This document shows, one piece after another, positions 37,160 to 49,947 of a DNA stretch of 64,000 nt (its first letter is position 1; each line of letters begins with the position of its first letter). The translations under genes were made by a program, and so were the position numbers. Source of the stretch: Mobula hypostoma (lineage: Eukaryota); assembly GCF_963921235.1 (NCBI RefSeq), contig NC_086097.1, forward strand, positions 90,274,001 to 90,338,000, written 5' to 3'. The notes under the pieces were generated by a model. It was not told the origin of the DNA. It made no database searches and saw only the letters and a list, made by a program, of their open reading frames with translations.

Positions 37160-39346
37160 AACAAAATGGTCAGAGGAGGCTTATGAGGTGCTCCAGGGTT
37201 GTTTTGAGGTGACAGACTGGCAGGCACTCTGTGAGCCACTTGGAGAGGATATTGATGGGCTCACAGAGTGCATCACTGACTACATCAACTTCTGTGTGGA
37301 CTGCAATTTTCTGACAAGAACTGTCCTTTGTTATTCAAATAACAAGTCATGGGTGACAAAGGACATTGAGGACATCCTGAACGCTAAAAAGAGGGTGTTT
37401 AGAGATGGAAATAGGGAGGAGCTGAGGGCAATACAGAGGGACCTGGAAGCCAGGATTGGATCAGGGAGGCTAAAGACGGGTACAGGAGAAAGCTTGAGTG
37501 GAAACTCTAGCAGAACAATATGAGAGAGGTCTGGAGGGGGATGAGGACCATCACTGGGTTCTGGCAAACGAGCAACAGAGGAGCTGAAGGCAGTGTGGAC
37601 AGGGCCAATGAACTTAACCTGTTCTTTAACAGATTTGACATTGTGGCCCCTGCCCATCCCCCACATGAGCCATCTGTTGTCGGCCCCCAACTAACACATA
37701 TTCCACTCTCCCCTCCTACCCCTCCTCACAGTCCCCCACCCTGCTCTCATGACTATACCCCTTCCCCACACGAAACCACCACAGTGGGCTTCACAGCTGA
37801 ACAGGTGAGAAGACAGCTGAAACGTCTCAACCCAAGCAAGGCTGCAGGACTGGATGGTGTCAGTACCAGGGTGCTCAAAGCCTGTGCCCCTCAGCTATGT
37901 GGAGTACTTCGCCATGTATTCAACCTGAGCCTGAGGCTCCGGAGGGTTCCTGTACTGTGGAAGACGTCCTGCCTCGTCCCTGTGCCAAAGACGCCGCGCC
38001 CCAGCGGCCTAAATGACTACAGACCGGTGGCATTGACCTCTCACATCATGAAGACCCTGGAGAGACTTGTTCTGGAGCTGCTTCGACCTATGGTCAGGCC
38101 ACACTTAGATCCCCTCCAGTTCGCCTACTAGCCCCGACTAGGAGTTGAGGATGCCATCGTCTACCTGCTGAACCGTGTCTACGCCCACCTGGACAAGCCA
38201 GCGAGCACTGTGAGGGTCATGTTTTTTGACTTCTCCAGTGCGTTCAACACCATCCGCCCTGCTCTGCTGGGGGAGAAGCTGACAGTGATGCAGGTGGATG
38301 CTTCCCTGGTATCATGGATTCTTGATTACCTAACTGGCAGACCACAGTACATGTGCTTGCAACACTGTGTGTCTGACAGAGTGATCAGCAGCACTGGGGC
38401 TCCACAGGGGACTGTCTTGTCTCCCTTCCTCTTCACCTTTTACACCTCGGACTTCAACTACTGCACAGAGTCTTGTCATCTTCAGAAGTTTTCGGATGAC
38501 TGCCATAGTTGGATGCATCAGCAAGGGAGATGAGGCTGAGTACAGGGCTACGGTAGGAAACTTTGTCACATGGTGTGAGCAGAATTATCTGCAGCTTAAT
38601 GTGAAAAAGACTAAGGAGCTGGTGGTAGACCTGAGGAGAGCTAAGGTACCGGTGACACCTGTTTCCATCCAGGGGGTCAGTGTGGACATGGTGGAGGATT
38701 ACAAATACCTGGGGATATGAATTGACAATAAACTGGACTAGTCAAAGAACACTGAGGCTGTCTACAAGAAGGGTCAGAGCTGTCTCTATTTCCTGAGGAG
38801 ACTGAGGTCCTTTAACATCTGCCGGATGATGCTGAGGATGTTCTACGAGTCTGTGGTGGCCAGTGCTATCATGTTTGCTGTTGTGTGCTGGGGCAGCAGG
38901 CTGAGGATAGCAGACACCAACAGAATCAACAAACTCATTCGTAAGGCCAGTGATGTTGTGGGGATGGAACTCGACTCTCTCACGGTGGTGTCTGAAAAGA
39001 GGATGCTGTCTAAGTTGCATGCCATCTTGATCAATGTTTCCCATCCACTACATAATGTACTGGGTGGGCACAGGAGTACATTCAGCCAGAGACTCATTCC
39101 ACCGAGATGCAACACAGAGCGTCATAGGAAGTCATTCCTGCCTGTGGCCATCAAACTTTACAACTCCTCCCTTGGAGGGTCAGACACCCTGAGCCAATAG
39201 GCTGGTCCTGGACTTATTTCATAATTTCCTGGCATAATTTACATATTACTATTTAACTATCTATGGTTCTATTACTATTTATTATTTATGGTTCAACTGT
39301 AACGAAAACCAATTTCCCCCGGGATCAATAAAGTATGACTGTGACT
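37160..39346 (+). mobile_element. Rex1/Babar LINE, 5'-truncated, lightly decayed
   Basis: NDYRPVALTSHIMKTLERL, DFSSAFNTI, GAPQGTVLSP, FSDD; few stops or frameshifts; AATAAA + gtatgact tail. Confidence 0.93.
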
Positions 39347-39867
39347 AAAATAACTCCATACACAGTTCTCTAGCCACTAAAACTTCTATTAGCAATTGCT
39401 GTTTTAATCCAATTCTTAACTAGCAGACTATTTTAATTAATGGGAATTTAAAAAAATTAGTCCAACAGTAATTGCTCACAATTGATGACTTAAAGGTCCT
39501 CTTGTTGACCCCTGTTCTGGCCACCCCCAACAATGAAATATAACCTGGTAATCATGGCTGATGTTAGGAAACATTTGTTTACTGGCCTGTATAAAATTGC
39601 TTAGGGTAGGGGATGTAGAAAGTGGGGTGTGGAAATAACAGAACTAAGAGTTTTAAGCACATTACCAATAGGTGATTGTAATTGGAACTTGGTAGCTATT
39701 TAGCCACTCTTATTCCCAATGATTATGTTGTAGCCTTTCATTCAAATCCATGCTGGTGAATATCAAATATTTAAGATAATAAATACAGTGCGAGATGTAT
39801 TTGACCTACTAGGATGGTTTATTCGATATTATTTTGTGATCCATTGTTTGAATTTTTTTTGTTCTAG

Positions 39868-40040
39868 TCCAATTCAAGAAGCCAGTGAAGAAGGTATGTC
39901 TTCTGCTGCCACTACGTCTTCTGCAGGCTCCTCCACTTCAGTAGGTGCACTTTGTGCTATAAGTGACTTGAATGTCTTTGAAAAATCTGAGCCTGACCAG
40001 TTAAATTCCTCTGATGTCTTCAACGCCAATCCTATCTCGG
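39868..40040 (+). CDS. BUB1B: BUB1B exon (~16), KARD LxxIxE (PP2A-B56 binding)
   Basis: Splicing gives KKLSPIQEASEE; ttctag / gtatgg; phase 2 to 1. Confidence 0.92.
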
Positions 40041-41124
40041 GTATGGCTTTCCTTTGTTTTTACTCTTGAGCTTTTTGGGTTTATTGGTCAAATTAGCTGG
40101 TAAAACAACTGTTCAGTTGCAGTGCTTCACAATGTCACAGAGCAGAATTCACTTTATGGTAGTCATCAATGTGAGATTTTTAACCCTGAAACTGGTGGTG
40201 CTAACTCTGTATAGAAACTGCAAAAAACCTCTGCTGGTTGTTTAAAGTTGTTTAAGTTTGTGTATATAAGAAAATGGTGAAAGTCATTAAAAATGTTTTA
40301 GCATTGCGTATTTTTATTTTCCTGAATGTTTTTATTTTAAATTACTAATAATTGCTTGGTAAAGAAACGTAATCTATTAGTCACAGGGCAAACATGCAAG
40401 AGAAGTTCTTGAGAATGTGATGGTAAAATTACTCCCACTGTATTGTTGAGTGAGGAGTTTCTTAGTTTAGATCCAGCAGTGATCAAGACTTGGCAATATA
40501 TTTTCAAGTTGGGATGGTTTGATAATTTGAAGAGCCTGCTGGTAGTAACATTCCTCTGTCCCTGCTGTCATTTATGCTGAAGTTGTGGGCTTGGAAAGAG
40601 TAGCCTGAATGAATTAATGTAATTTATAACTTTTTGCAATTTTGTGCACAAAATATCCATATCCCTTGGTGCTTCATTCATCTGTAATCTTTCTCGTGGA
40701 TAAGTTTGCCTTTGAAATGTTCCAGCACGGTCTCAGCAGTATACAATATGACAACTTTCCTTTTTTTTAAACTCAAATTCTTGTGCAGTGGATCTTCTAA
40801 GCATGTAGGTACAGCAAGCAATTCAAAAATATGTACAGGATATCCAGATCCATGTGAACAGCAACACACTTCAATCTTCAAAAGTAGATTAGCTCCCTTA
40901 TCCACCATCCAACTCCCTTCCCACTTGACTTGGACCCTGGTTCTTGTGCTCTATTTCCACTTACCTGGAGCTACAGTTGCCACTCTTTTCAAGTTGACTG
41001 GTTCAATGGAAAATTTATCAGAATAAATCTAAAATGTGAATTATTTTAATGTATTAATGACATAACGGCCAACAGCTTGGAAAATCTGTCAATCCAGCGC
41101 CAAATTCCCAATTATCAGTATTAC

Positions 41125-41741
41125 AATACTTCATACTTTATTGTCGCCAAACAATTGATACTAGAACGTACAATCATCACAGCGATATTTGATTCTGCAC
41201 TTCCCACTCCCTGGATTACAAATATTAAATATTAAAAATAGTAAAAATTAGTAAATATCAAATTTAAATTATAAATCATAAATAGAAAATAGAAAAATGG
41301 AAAGTAGGGTAGTGCAAAAAAACCGAGAGGCAGGTCTGAATATTTGGAGATTACGGCCCAGATCCAGGTCAGGATCCGTTCAGCAGTCTTATCACAGTTG
41401 GAAAGAAGCTGTTCCCAAATCTGGCCATACGAGTCTTCAAGCTCCTGAGCCTTCTCCCGGAGGGAAGAGTGACAAAAAGTGTGTTGGCTGGGTGGGTTAT
41501 GTCGTTGATTATCCTGGCAGCACTGCTCCGACAGCGTGCGGTGTAAAGTGAGTCCATGGATGGAAGATAGGTTTGTGCGATGTGGTGCGCTGTGTTCACG
41601 ATCTTCTGCAGCTTCTTTTGGTCTTGGACAGAACAACTTCCATACCAGGTTGTGAAGCACCCTAGAAGAATGCTTTCTACGGTGCATCTATAAAAATTAG
41701 TGAGGATATTTAGGGGACAGGCCAAATTTCTTTAGTTTTCT
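41125..41741 (-). mobile_element. Rex1/Babar-like 3' fragment
   Basis: LTNFYRCTVESIL...HPANTLFVTLPSGRR. Confidence 0.88.
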
Positions 41742-41931
41742 GGCAACACACATCAAATTTGCTGGTGAACGCAGCATCTCTAGGAAGAGGTGCAGTCGAC
41801 GTTTCAGGCCGAGACCCTTCGTCAGGACCTGAAACGTCGACTGCACCTCTTCCTAGAGATGCTGCGTTCACCAGCAACTTTGATGTGTGTTGCTTGAATT
41901 TCCAGCATCTGCAGAATCCCTGTTGTTTGCG
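41742..41931. mobile_element. 190-bp palindromic Penelope-derived insertion with 13-bp TSD
   Basis: TSD tctttagttttct (41729-41741, 41932-41944); 66-bp arms 41743-41808 and 41828-41893. Confidence 0.9.
41795..41828 (-). ncRNA. Minimal type-I hammerhead ribozyme motif
   Basis: Minus strand GUC-CUGACGA-AGGG UCUCGG CCU-GAAAC-GUC-GAC: intact CUGANGA and GAAA core, GUC cleavage triplet. Confidence 0.7.
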
Positions 41932-42139
41932 TCTTTAGTTTTCTACTACTTTTCTGATAAATATATCCGGTTTCACTTCTAATAAACTCGATTGAGCTCA
42001 CAAATGATTAATATTAATTCAATACAATTATAAATCCTTAACCCCATTCCTTATATTAAATTAATTGTTCCTTTCTGGCATGTATTCCATCAAACACTAT
42101 AGAAGATCTTTAATTACTACTAGTTTATCCCTACTACAA

Positions 42140-43290
42140 GGGACAAGATATTAGAAAGATTAATAGGGCTAAAGGCAGACAAGCCTCCATATTACAATGC
42201 TACAATATATAATCAAAGAAATAGTCAGCTAAAGAAGTTTAATGTAATCAAACCAAGTCAATATGGCCTCAGGCAAGATAAATCTTGCTTTGACAAATTT
42301 GCAGGAGTTATTTGATGAGCAGGTAGAGCTGATGTAGTGTACCGTAATGTATTTGGATTTTTGGAAAACATTTGACAAAGTGCCACATTAGAGGCTAGTT
42401 TATAAGAGCACAGGTAATGCAGAAAATGTATTAGCATAGACTGCAGGTTGATTATTGCACAGAAGATACTTAGAATTAATGACTCATTTTCAGGCTGAAA
42501 TGATGTAATTAGTGGAAAGATCAGTTATTAGCACTCAATTGTTTATAATTTCCATTAGCAGAGGATGCGGGGGGTGGATGGGGGTGGTGGTGGGAGAGAA
42601 AAAGGCCAAGGTATCCAAGTTTGCTGATGATTCTGAAAAAGGTGGGATGGCAACACATTGTGTTGAGGATATTAGGACCCTACAATTAGATGTCGAGCAG
42701 ATGTGCAAAAGCCTGACAAAAGAAAGATTATGCACTTCGGTAAGAGAAGATCCACTGTACAAGAATTTGAGTGGGGGGGGAGTGGAAAGAAAGTTGTCAT
42801 TGTATACTGGTGAGACCATGTTGGAACATTCTGTACAAGTCAAGTTTCACAACTTGGGAATAATATACTTGAGACAAAAGAGGTTAACAAAAGCTCAATA
42901 GGATTGAGAGCAGGAGTATTGGTCTGCTGAAGACAGATTATGCAGGATATGTCAGTACTTCCTAGAGTAATGATGTGTCTGCGTGCTTGTTAGGGTTGAG
43001 GCATTGATAATGGTTCTGCTACCTGGGATGCCTCTAACTAGAGGTTGGAGTTTGCAAAGAAAAGGTTGCCCATGCAGTACTGCAAATAAAGTCTTGATCA
43101 TGAGTAATAAATCATTGGAATTCTGCATCTAAAGAAATGTAGCTTGGTCATTTGAATAAATATTCAATAGGTTTTGGATATTAAGGAGATTGAAGGATTG
43201 GAGTTGATAGAAAGTGTTGTTTGGGTAAATGATTAGCTGTAATAATTTTTCAAAGTTGAAGCAGGTGCAAGGGCTGATTGTCCTACTGCT
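42140..43290 (+). mobile_element. Ancient CR1 RT remnant
   Basis: YLDF..FDKVPH and SKFADD remnants. Confidence 0.7.
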
Positions 43291-45629
43291 ACCAATGTCA
43301 GTGGCAAGGTTGTCTTGATTAATCCTCCCTAACAAAATTTAAGATTACTTGTTTGCATATAATTTAACTATATATACTGGATAGGGACAGATGAAGCTCA
43401 CTACACCTCATTAAATATGTGAGGTCTCCTTATTGAAGTAGCTCGTTGGGTGCTCATGCTGTTAGAAAATGAATGCTTGGCAGTCTGGCATTTGGATACT
43501 CAGCAACTATATGAAAAAAATAAAAGGCAGAGCCAAGCAATCTTGCAGTCAGTGGGCCTAGTATATACTGTAAGTACTAAAGGCACATTCTCAGTAGTCC
43601 CAAATAAATGATCCAGCTCTACTTGCTCAGATGTCTTTCATCATACAGCCAGTTCTTAGTTATTTAGAATCTTTGTATGCAATATCGGGAAATGGCTGGG
43701 GGCATGGGCCCAACGTCCCACTGTGATGCTCAAGACCTGCACTCCAGAACTAGCTACACAGCTGGCCAAGCTGGTCTAATGCAGTTAAAACACTGCATCT
43801 ATCCAATGATGTGGAAAATTTTCCAGATATGTCCTGTTTGCAAAAAGCAGGAAAAATCCAATCTAACTAATCACTGCTCAGTCAGCAATGTGAAATATGG
43901 TATCATTAGCTGTGCTAGCAAGAAGCACTTATCAATAAAGTCCTCACCTGGACAATTCGGCTTCAGTTTCATCACAACCTTCGTTATGGACATGTTATAA
44001 CTATGTTGCACTGAAGAGTTGAATTCTGAAAAGGAGTAGGTTGCCAGTGTGTGGTGTTGAGGTGAAGGTAACATTTGATGGTTTTAATATCAAACCCTTA
44101 TAAAACGGAAGTCATAAGCATCCAGGGGAGAACACGGCAATAATCAGTCATAATGGTTCTAGATGTTGATGTTATTCATTGAGACAATTCTACAAGTTAC
44201 TATGGACATTGTTCTAAGCAAAGCGATCTTTAGGTGTTTCTAAATGACTGACCTTCCACCATACTTCAGAAGTGATGTGCAGTCATAAGCAAATAATGTT
44301 TAACTCCGTTCTCAACACCTCAGCAACTGAAGCAGTCCCTATGTGCATGCAGCAAGGTTTGACAACAGTTGGATATGGATTGATAAGTGGCTCTTGAAGG
44401 TGATGGTGAGCTGGCTTCTTGATATTTTTGCCACAAAATTGCCAAGAAGTTACCATCTCCAAAAGAGGTGGATCCAACATGCTGGGGTCACGACTACCAG
44501 AAACATGGTTGGACTACACACATGGGTCGATGAGAGTAGGCAGTTGAAATGGTTCGGCACAGACTAGATGGGCCAAAGAGCCTGTTTCTGTGCTGTACTC
44601 CATGACTCCTTGACATCGAAGTTATTCTATGTATAGGTTAGAAATAGGCTATCCTGTTGTGAGTGATTTGCCTTTTGAGATCGCGAACCTTCTCACTTTT
44701 TCCACAAGGCTAGCAGGATCATGATGGAATATTCTTCATCTTTCTAGCTCCAACAATGCAGAATTATTCATCACAGAAGCAAGTCCCATTTGGCCCGTTT
44801 CCTTTCCATGTAACTAAACAAGTCAAATGTTGTTACTGCAGCTGTTTCAACCACTTCCTATGGCAGCTCATTTCATATATAGGCCAGCGTCTGTGTGTGT
44901 TCACCTTGTCTATGCCCCTTATAATTTTTCCACCTCCATAAGTTCACCACTCATTCTCCTAAGCTCCAATGAATAGCCTAACCCTGTTCATGCTCTCTAT
45001 AACTTGGCAACATCCTTGTAGGTGCTTGATGTCATCCAGAACAAAGCAGATTGGTACTAAATCCACACACACTCATTTCCTGCATCACTGGCTGTGGTTT
45101 CTTTAAAATGCACCACAATTGGTCATCTGTGCTCTTCTGCCCCAACCTGTGACCTCGTTCATCAAGGTGGATAAGGGCAGCAGATACCTAGGAGCTCTTC
45201 CCCTTTCAGTTGCACATAATCACAATTTGGAAGTATGTTGCTGACTCCAAACCTTGAAGCTTGCTGCCCAACAGCACTACATAATTAATTTCACCAGAAA
45301 GTCTGCGGCAGTTCAACAAGCATCGTGAGCATCAGGATTCGCGATAAATGACAGCACTGAGCAGACTGAAAATTCCAGTGATTTGCCGGGGGGTGAGGGG
45401 TGGGTGGATGTTGGTCTTCAATGTACTGATGGCAGTGAAACAGCACATTAGTTAGTTGTCTTGAAAACAATGTTGAAATGAGTAATCAGTTTTTTCTGAA
45501 TTGCATTGTGCCAAAAATATGTACTGTCGTTCCTCTAACGATATAATTGCTGTAGTCAGTGTAATTAATCCCCCACTGGTTTTGTGCACGGAATCTCTTT
45601 TCAACTATCCAATTTTGATTAATTTCTAG

Positions 45630-45761
45630 GTAATCCGTGGGATATAGAAATGCGGAATCAACTTTTATTGGCCCTTCCCACACCACTGAGTTCACTCCAG
45701 GGGTTCTACATTCAGAATGGCCCAGTGCCTACCTTTGAAGTTGGACATGAGGTGAAGCTGG
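45630..45761 (+). CDS. BUB1B: BUB1B exon (~17), N-terminal extension of kinase domain
   Basis: GNPWDIEMRNQLLLALP...EVGHEVKLG; ttctag / gtaagt. Confidence 0.93.
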
Positions 45762-47249
45762 GTAAGTTTTCTTTCTCAATTCTTTGTACCTAGTGACCTT
45801 TTTGTGAATCATAAGTGGAGAGAAAAATAGAAAAGCAAAAATTATTTAATGTCAAAGTATCTGAACAGAATGGAAGGACGTTTCAACAGATGCTGGTTGG
45901 GGTGGGGATTGTACAAATGATTTTGTTGGATTTCTGCCCAACCAATTGCAAATACCTTGACCAAATGCTTAGTGTTAAATTAGGCCTGGGAGGGAAAAGG
46001 AGAGGAACGAGGAGGAAGAAAGTGTGTAGGCAAGGGCTTATATGTCTGAATTTATATTTGTAAAGGGGTTACCCTGCTGGATGGCTTCTATTGTATGAGC
46101 CTTAGCATTAAATCCCATGCAGCAAATTCTGTGGTAGTGGCACCACAGCTGCCCTATTGTTGAAGGAAATCCTGCATTGGTAATTTCTACTTCAGAAAAA
46201 TGAAGTTTGACATATTATATGTCAGTGCTTTCAATGCCAATTCTAAAAAATCAGATTTGAACACTACTCTGCTTTCAAAGTCTTGATATCAGAGCCACCA
46301 CCTGGAGTAAGATACAGTGGGTCGGTGATGGGCCAGTTTATAGAACAATGCAGTGGGTACACTTGGAGGAGAAAGCCAATAGGAATGGTGTCTTTGAGTG
46401 AGCCTCACTATTAAGAACCAGTTAGACCAGCATCTCAACAACTTCACCCATGGAAATAATGAATGCTTTATGATCCTTTGGCTCTGGAGTTAATAGGAGC
46501 TGTGGTGTCCACAGCATTTTGAGCTTCTCTAAAATTCACCATAATCGACACATGAAAAACTTTTGCTTCCTCTGCCAAGAACAACTATGATGAGTTTGTT
46601 GATGCCGATGGGATTGAGGATCTTATTAGTGACAAAAGTAAGTCATTCCTAGTTTGGAACATTCCCCTTTTATTCAAGGGGAAAGAAGCACTAGTGACAT
46701 TTGAAGGCAGAAGTCCAGCAGAAAACAGTAATCATGACCATCTTCAACAAAATAGACAAGTCTACCTGATAAGTAGAATTAATGTTTATCATCAGGCTGC
46801 TTTTCTACCTACCTCCCAGCCCCAGTCAGTGAAGATCAGCTTACCAAATTGCAGTGTGGTCTTGGTCCAGTTTGAGGACAGACTGGACATGGTCTTCATT
46901 CTGCCAAGAAAAATGCAGTGAACTGCATCAATTGCTATGCACAACTGTTAATTGAACTTTGCTAAAGTCTTTGACTCCATCTGCCAGGAGAAACTAAGGA
47001 ACTAAGTGAAAGTAAACTAGTAGTGATGGTGCCATTGCCACAATAAGGACATTGGGTCAATTATGTCTGTGCCGGCTTTTTTGAAAAAGGCTCACCCCTT
47101 TCCTCATTGTCCTGCAGTTACATTTTTTGCCCTTAATGTATGAATAAATCCCTTTTGAAAGTTGCTATTCTTTAGTGTGCTTCAAATAGATTCAACACAC
47201 TCTTGGTCAAACTTGCTATTTTCCTTCAAATTGAACCGATGTATTTTAT

Positions 47250-47750
47250 CAGTCACTTTAGAATGTGTCAGTTCAGTACATGTCTGTCCTTTAGCCTAGT
47301 CACCATATCACTGGAAGAATATGACTGTACTTGAAATGGTGCATAGGGGATTTGCCAGGTTGTTGCTGGAATGGACCATTTCAGTTATGAGTCAACACTC
47401 ATAACTGGATTTCTTTCTCTTTTGAGTGGAGGAAGCTGGTGGTGGGGTGGTCTGAATCAAAGACTACATAATTGAGGGTAAAGATGGGGCAGATAGTAAA
47501 AATCGTTTCTCTATAGTAGAGGTATTTAAAACTTGGAGTAGGGTTAAAGTAAGAGTTTGAGGGATCTGAGGAAATATTTTCACTGGAAAGTTGGTTCAAA
47601 TCTGGAATGTCCTACTTGAGTGGGTGGTGGAGACGAGTACTTTCAACATCTTGATAAGACTGTGAACCAAGTTCTGATTTGAATGGTTGCTTTATGGTTG
47701 AAAAAGACATGGACTGAAATGGTTGTGTTTTTTGTGCTGTATAACTGTAT
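47250..47750 (+). mobile_element. Ancient CR1 3' remnant
   Basis: Degenerate LEY.VQF...RFTR.LPG region and tgtgctgtataact tail. Confidence 0.6.
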
Positions 47751-47873
47751 AGAAAAATTTGCGGTATTATTTTCAGTGGAAATTTCATCAAATTATGGTT
47801 TATTTTATATTTCTCTTGGTCAGCACCATTTAGACAAATTTTGTCATTGAACTCCTTATGAGGATTTTTGCTA

Positions 47874-48027
47874 CAGGTCGACCTTCACTAATCTGACTAC
47901 CTGTAATCCGGTTCCTTCGCTAATCTGGCGCTGGTTATGCTTAATGTGATCCTTCTGTAATTCAGCATTTTCACTAATCTGGCACTCCTCAGGTTCCAAT
48001 GGTGCCAGATTAGTGAAGGTCGACCTG
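47874..48027. mobile_element. 154-bp Tigger/pogo-type MITE
   Basis: Perfect 22-bp TIR caggtcgaccttcactaatctg; TA on both sides; internal ttc(a/g)ctaatctgg subrepeats. Confidence 0.92.
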
Positions 48028-48134
48028 TATGTGCAAATTGACTGTCTTGTCTACATTACTGCAGTAGCAACATGTGAAATACTTAATTAGTTTTAAGATA
48101 TCCTGTGATCATGAATTTATTTTTTCCCCTGTAG

Positions 48135-48235
48135 GCTCACAGATGATGAACATTGAGGAAGAAGCAGAGCATGAATTGTGCCAGATATTCTATGGAACAG
48201 ATCGGAGCCTGGCTTTATCTAAAGCAATTATAAAG
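48135..48235 (+). CDS. BUB1B: BUB1B exon (~18), pseudokinase N-lobe
   Basis: 101 nt; GSQMMNIEEE...LSKAIIK; VAIK-type Lys kept, no GxGxxG loop. Confidence 0.9.
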
Positions 48236-48265
48236 GTAGGTAACTCATCAGATCATATGAATAAC

Positions 48266-48310
48266 TGTGTATGTGTGTGTGTGTGTGTATATATGTATGT
48301 GTGTATATAT
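48266..48310. repeat. (TG)n/(TA)n microsatellite
   Basis: Directly visible, 30 bp after the exon 18 donor. Confidence 0.9.
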
Positions 48311-48399
48311 AAATAAAATATAGTTTAAGACAGTTTGCAAGCTTAAAGAAGTGTACACACCCAGTCTGTGCTCTTTGCAGATCAACCACCAATTATGCT

Positions 48400-48650
48400 A
48401 ATCCTGCATTAATGTCATTTTATTCTTCTCACATTTTCTAACTCCTTCCAGATTCTACCTCTTGCCTACATGATGGGGGAGTTTACAACAGCCAATTAAC
48501 TTCAACCTGCACATCTTTGGGATGTGGGAGGAAATCAGAGTATCCACAGGAAATCCACACAGTCACAGGGAGAATGTGCAAACTGACAAAGTTCAGGATT
48601 GTATTGGGGCTTCTGACACTGTGTGGCAGTCTCTCTACTTGCTGCACTTT
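48400..48650 (-). mobile_element. tRNA-derived SINE remnant
   Basis: tctttgggatgtgggaggaaa...cacagggagaatgtgcaaact reverse SINE core. Confidence 0.7.
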
Positions 48651-48818
48651 GCTGCCTGTCTTAAAGCAAAGAGTTTAAAGGGAATTCCTGAACTTGGGAG
48701 TCTAGATATAATGTAGAGTCAGTGATGCAAATTATGATGAGGGTAACTTTTAGGAGTTCTTGCTCTCCATATAATAAAACCTGTATACATTCCAGTCACT
48801 GAACTTTTTTTCAAATAG

Positions 48819-48980
48819 GTATTTTCGCATAAAGTGCCCTGGGACTTCTACATCAATCAACAGCTCAAAATGCGCCTTGGCTCTCAGTTTAATAAGTATT
48901 TCAGTCAGAAACACTGCTGCTACCAGTTTGACAATGGATGTGTGACTATGGATCAGGAGGAGAACAGTGAAACATTAAAG
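48819..48980 (+). CDS. BUB1B: BUB1B exon (~19)
   Basis: VFSHKVPWDFYINQQLKMRL...CYQFDNGCV; VPWDFYIN is BubR1-typical; donor gtaaga. Confidence 0.95.
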
Positions 48981-49947
48981 GTAAGAAGCCAATCGCAAAG
49001 TGAGGAAATGCCTCCTCAGCAACTGGACTGTTTTGCACAGCTTTATGCAACTCATGACATCATAGGTTGTACAATACATGTTTCTTCCAGTACTGACAGA
49101 TATTAGGGTTTCCAGGACCAAAAAAGCAGATAATAAAAAAAACTTGATATGAGTTATACAATTAAGTGACTATTGCATCAGTGTTCCACAAACAGCATCT
49201 CCCACCTTTTCTTCTGAATGGTCAGCATTGACAATTTATTGGAGTTCCTTTTGACTCGAGCCTTTTAAATCCCTTGTGACCTTTATACCGGAAGGACCGT
49301 CTGCTTAATTGCACTATTTGGAATGTATGACTTCAGGCCACTAGTGACACAAGTTGATTGTGCCAGTTACGCTGCTGAGGGCTGAGTGCCCAGATACATT
49401 AGAGTATGTTGTGTTGACCCCCCCCCCCCCATGTATTACCTCCCTAGCGGCTTTCTGTCACTGTATGTGGTGGCTATAGAGGAGTTCTTTTTAGCTTGAA
49501 TTGCTTCCCACTGGTCAGTATTGCAATAATGCAGTAGCTATGAGTTCTAAATACAGGTTCCAGTAGAAACTGCAATGCTCCAGTTTTTACCTGTGATTTG
49601 GAATGTAAAGTACCTTAATGCTATCTTTGAAATATTTTTGCTTAACCTTTCGTGGGCAGGCTGAAATTAGACCGGACATTAACATTTTATGCAGCACATG
49701 TTTACTACACCAGTGAGGGTGAGCTGCGACTAGGTAATTAGCTATTAAATTCATATAACTTCATGCAACTCCTCTTGGTTCCATTTGTCCTACTTCTACC
49801 TTCCCTTGAGGGCTAGATCATTTGAGAATTTGTGAATTGTGGACATGACCTATGTGTCTTGGCTGCCAATCATATGATCACATGGTGCCAAATCAGTCAA
49901 ACTGCCGTTCCCCAGGCTATACTTAATGGCTTCTGAAGTGTTTTAAA

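Noticed and set aside
40678..41026. ORFs in intron 16 as extra exons
   Set aside because: They overlap decayed CR1 sequence; exons 16 and 17 already join in phase.
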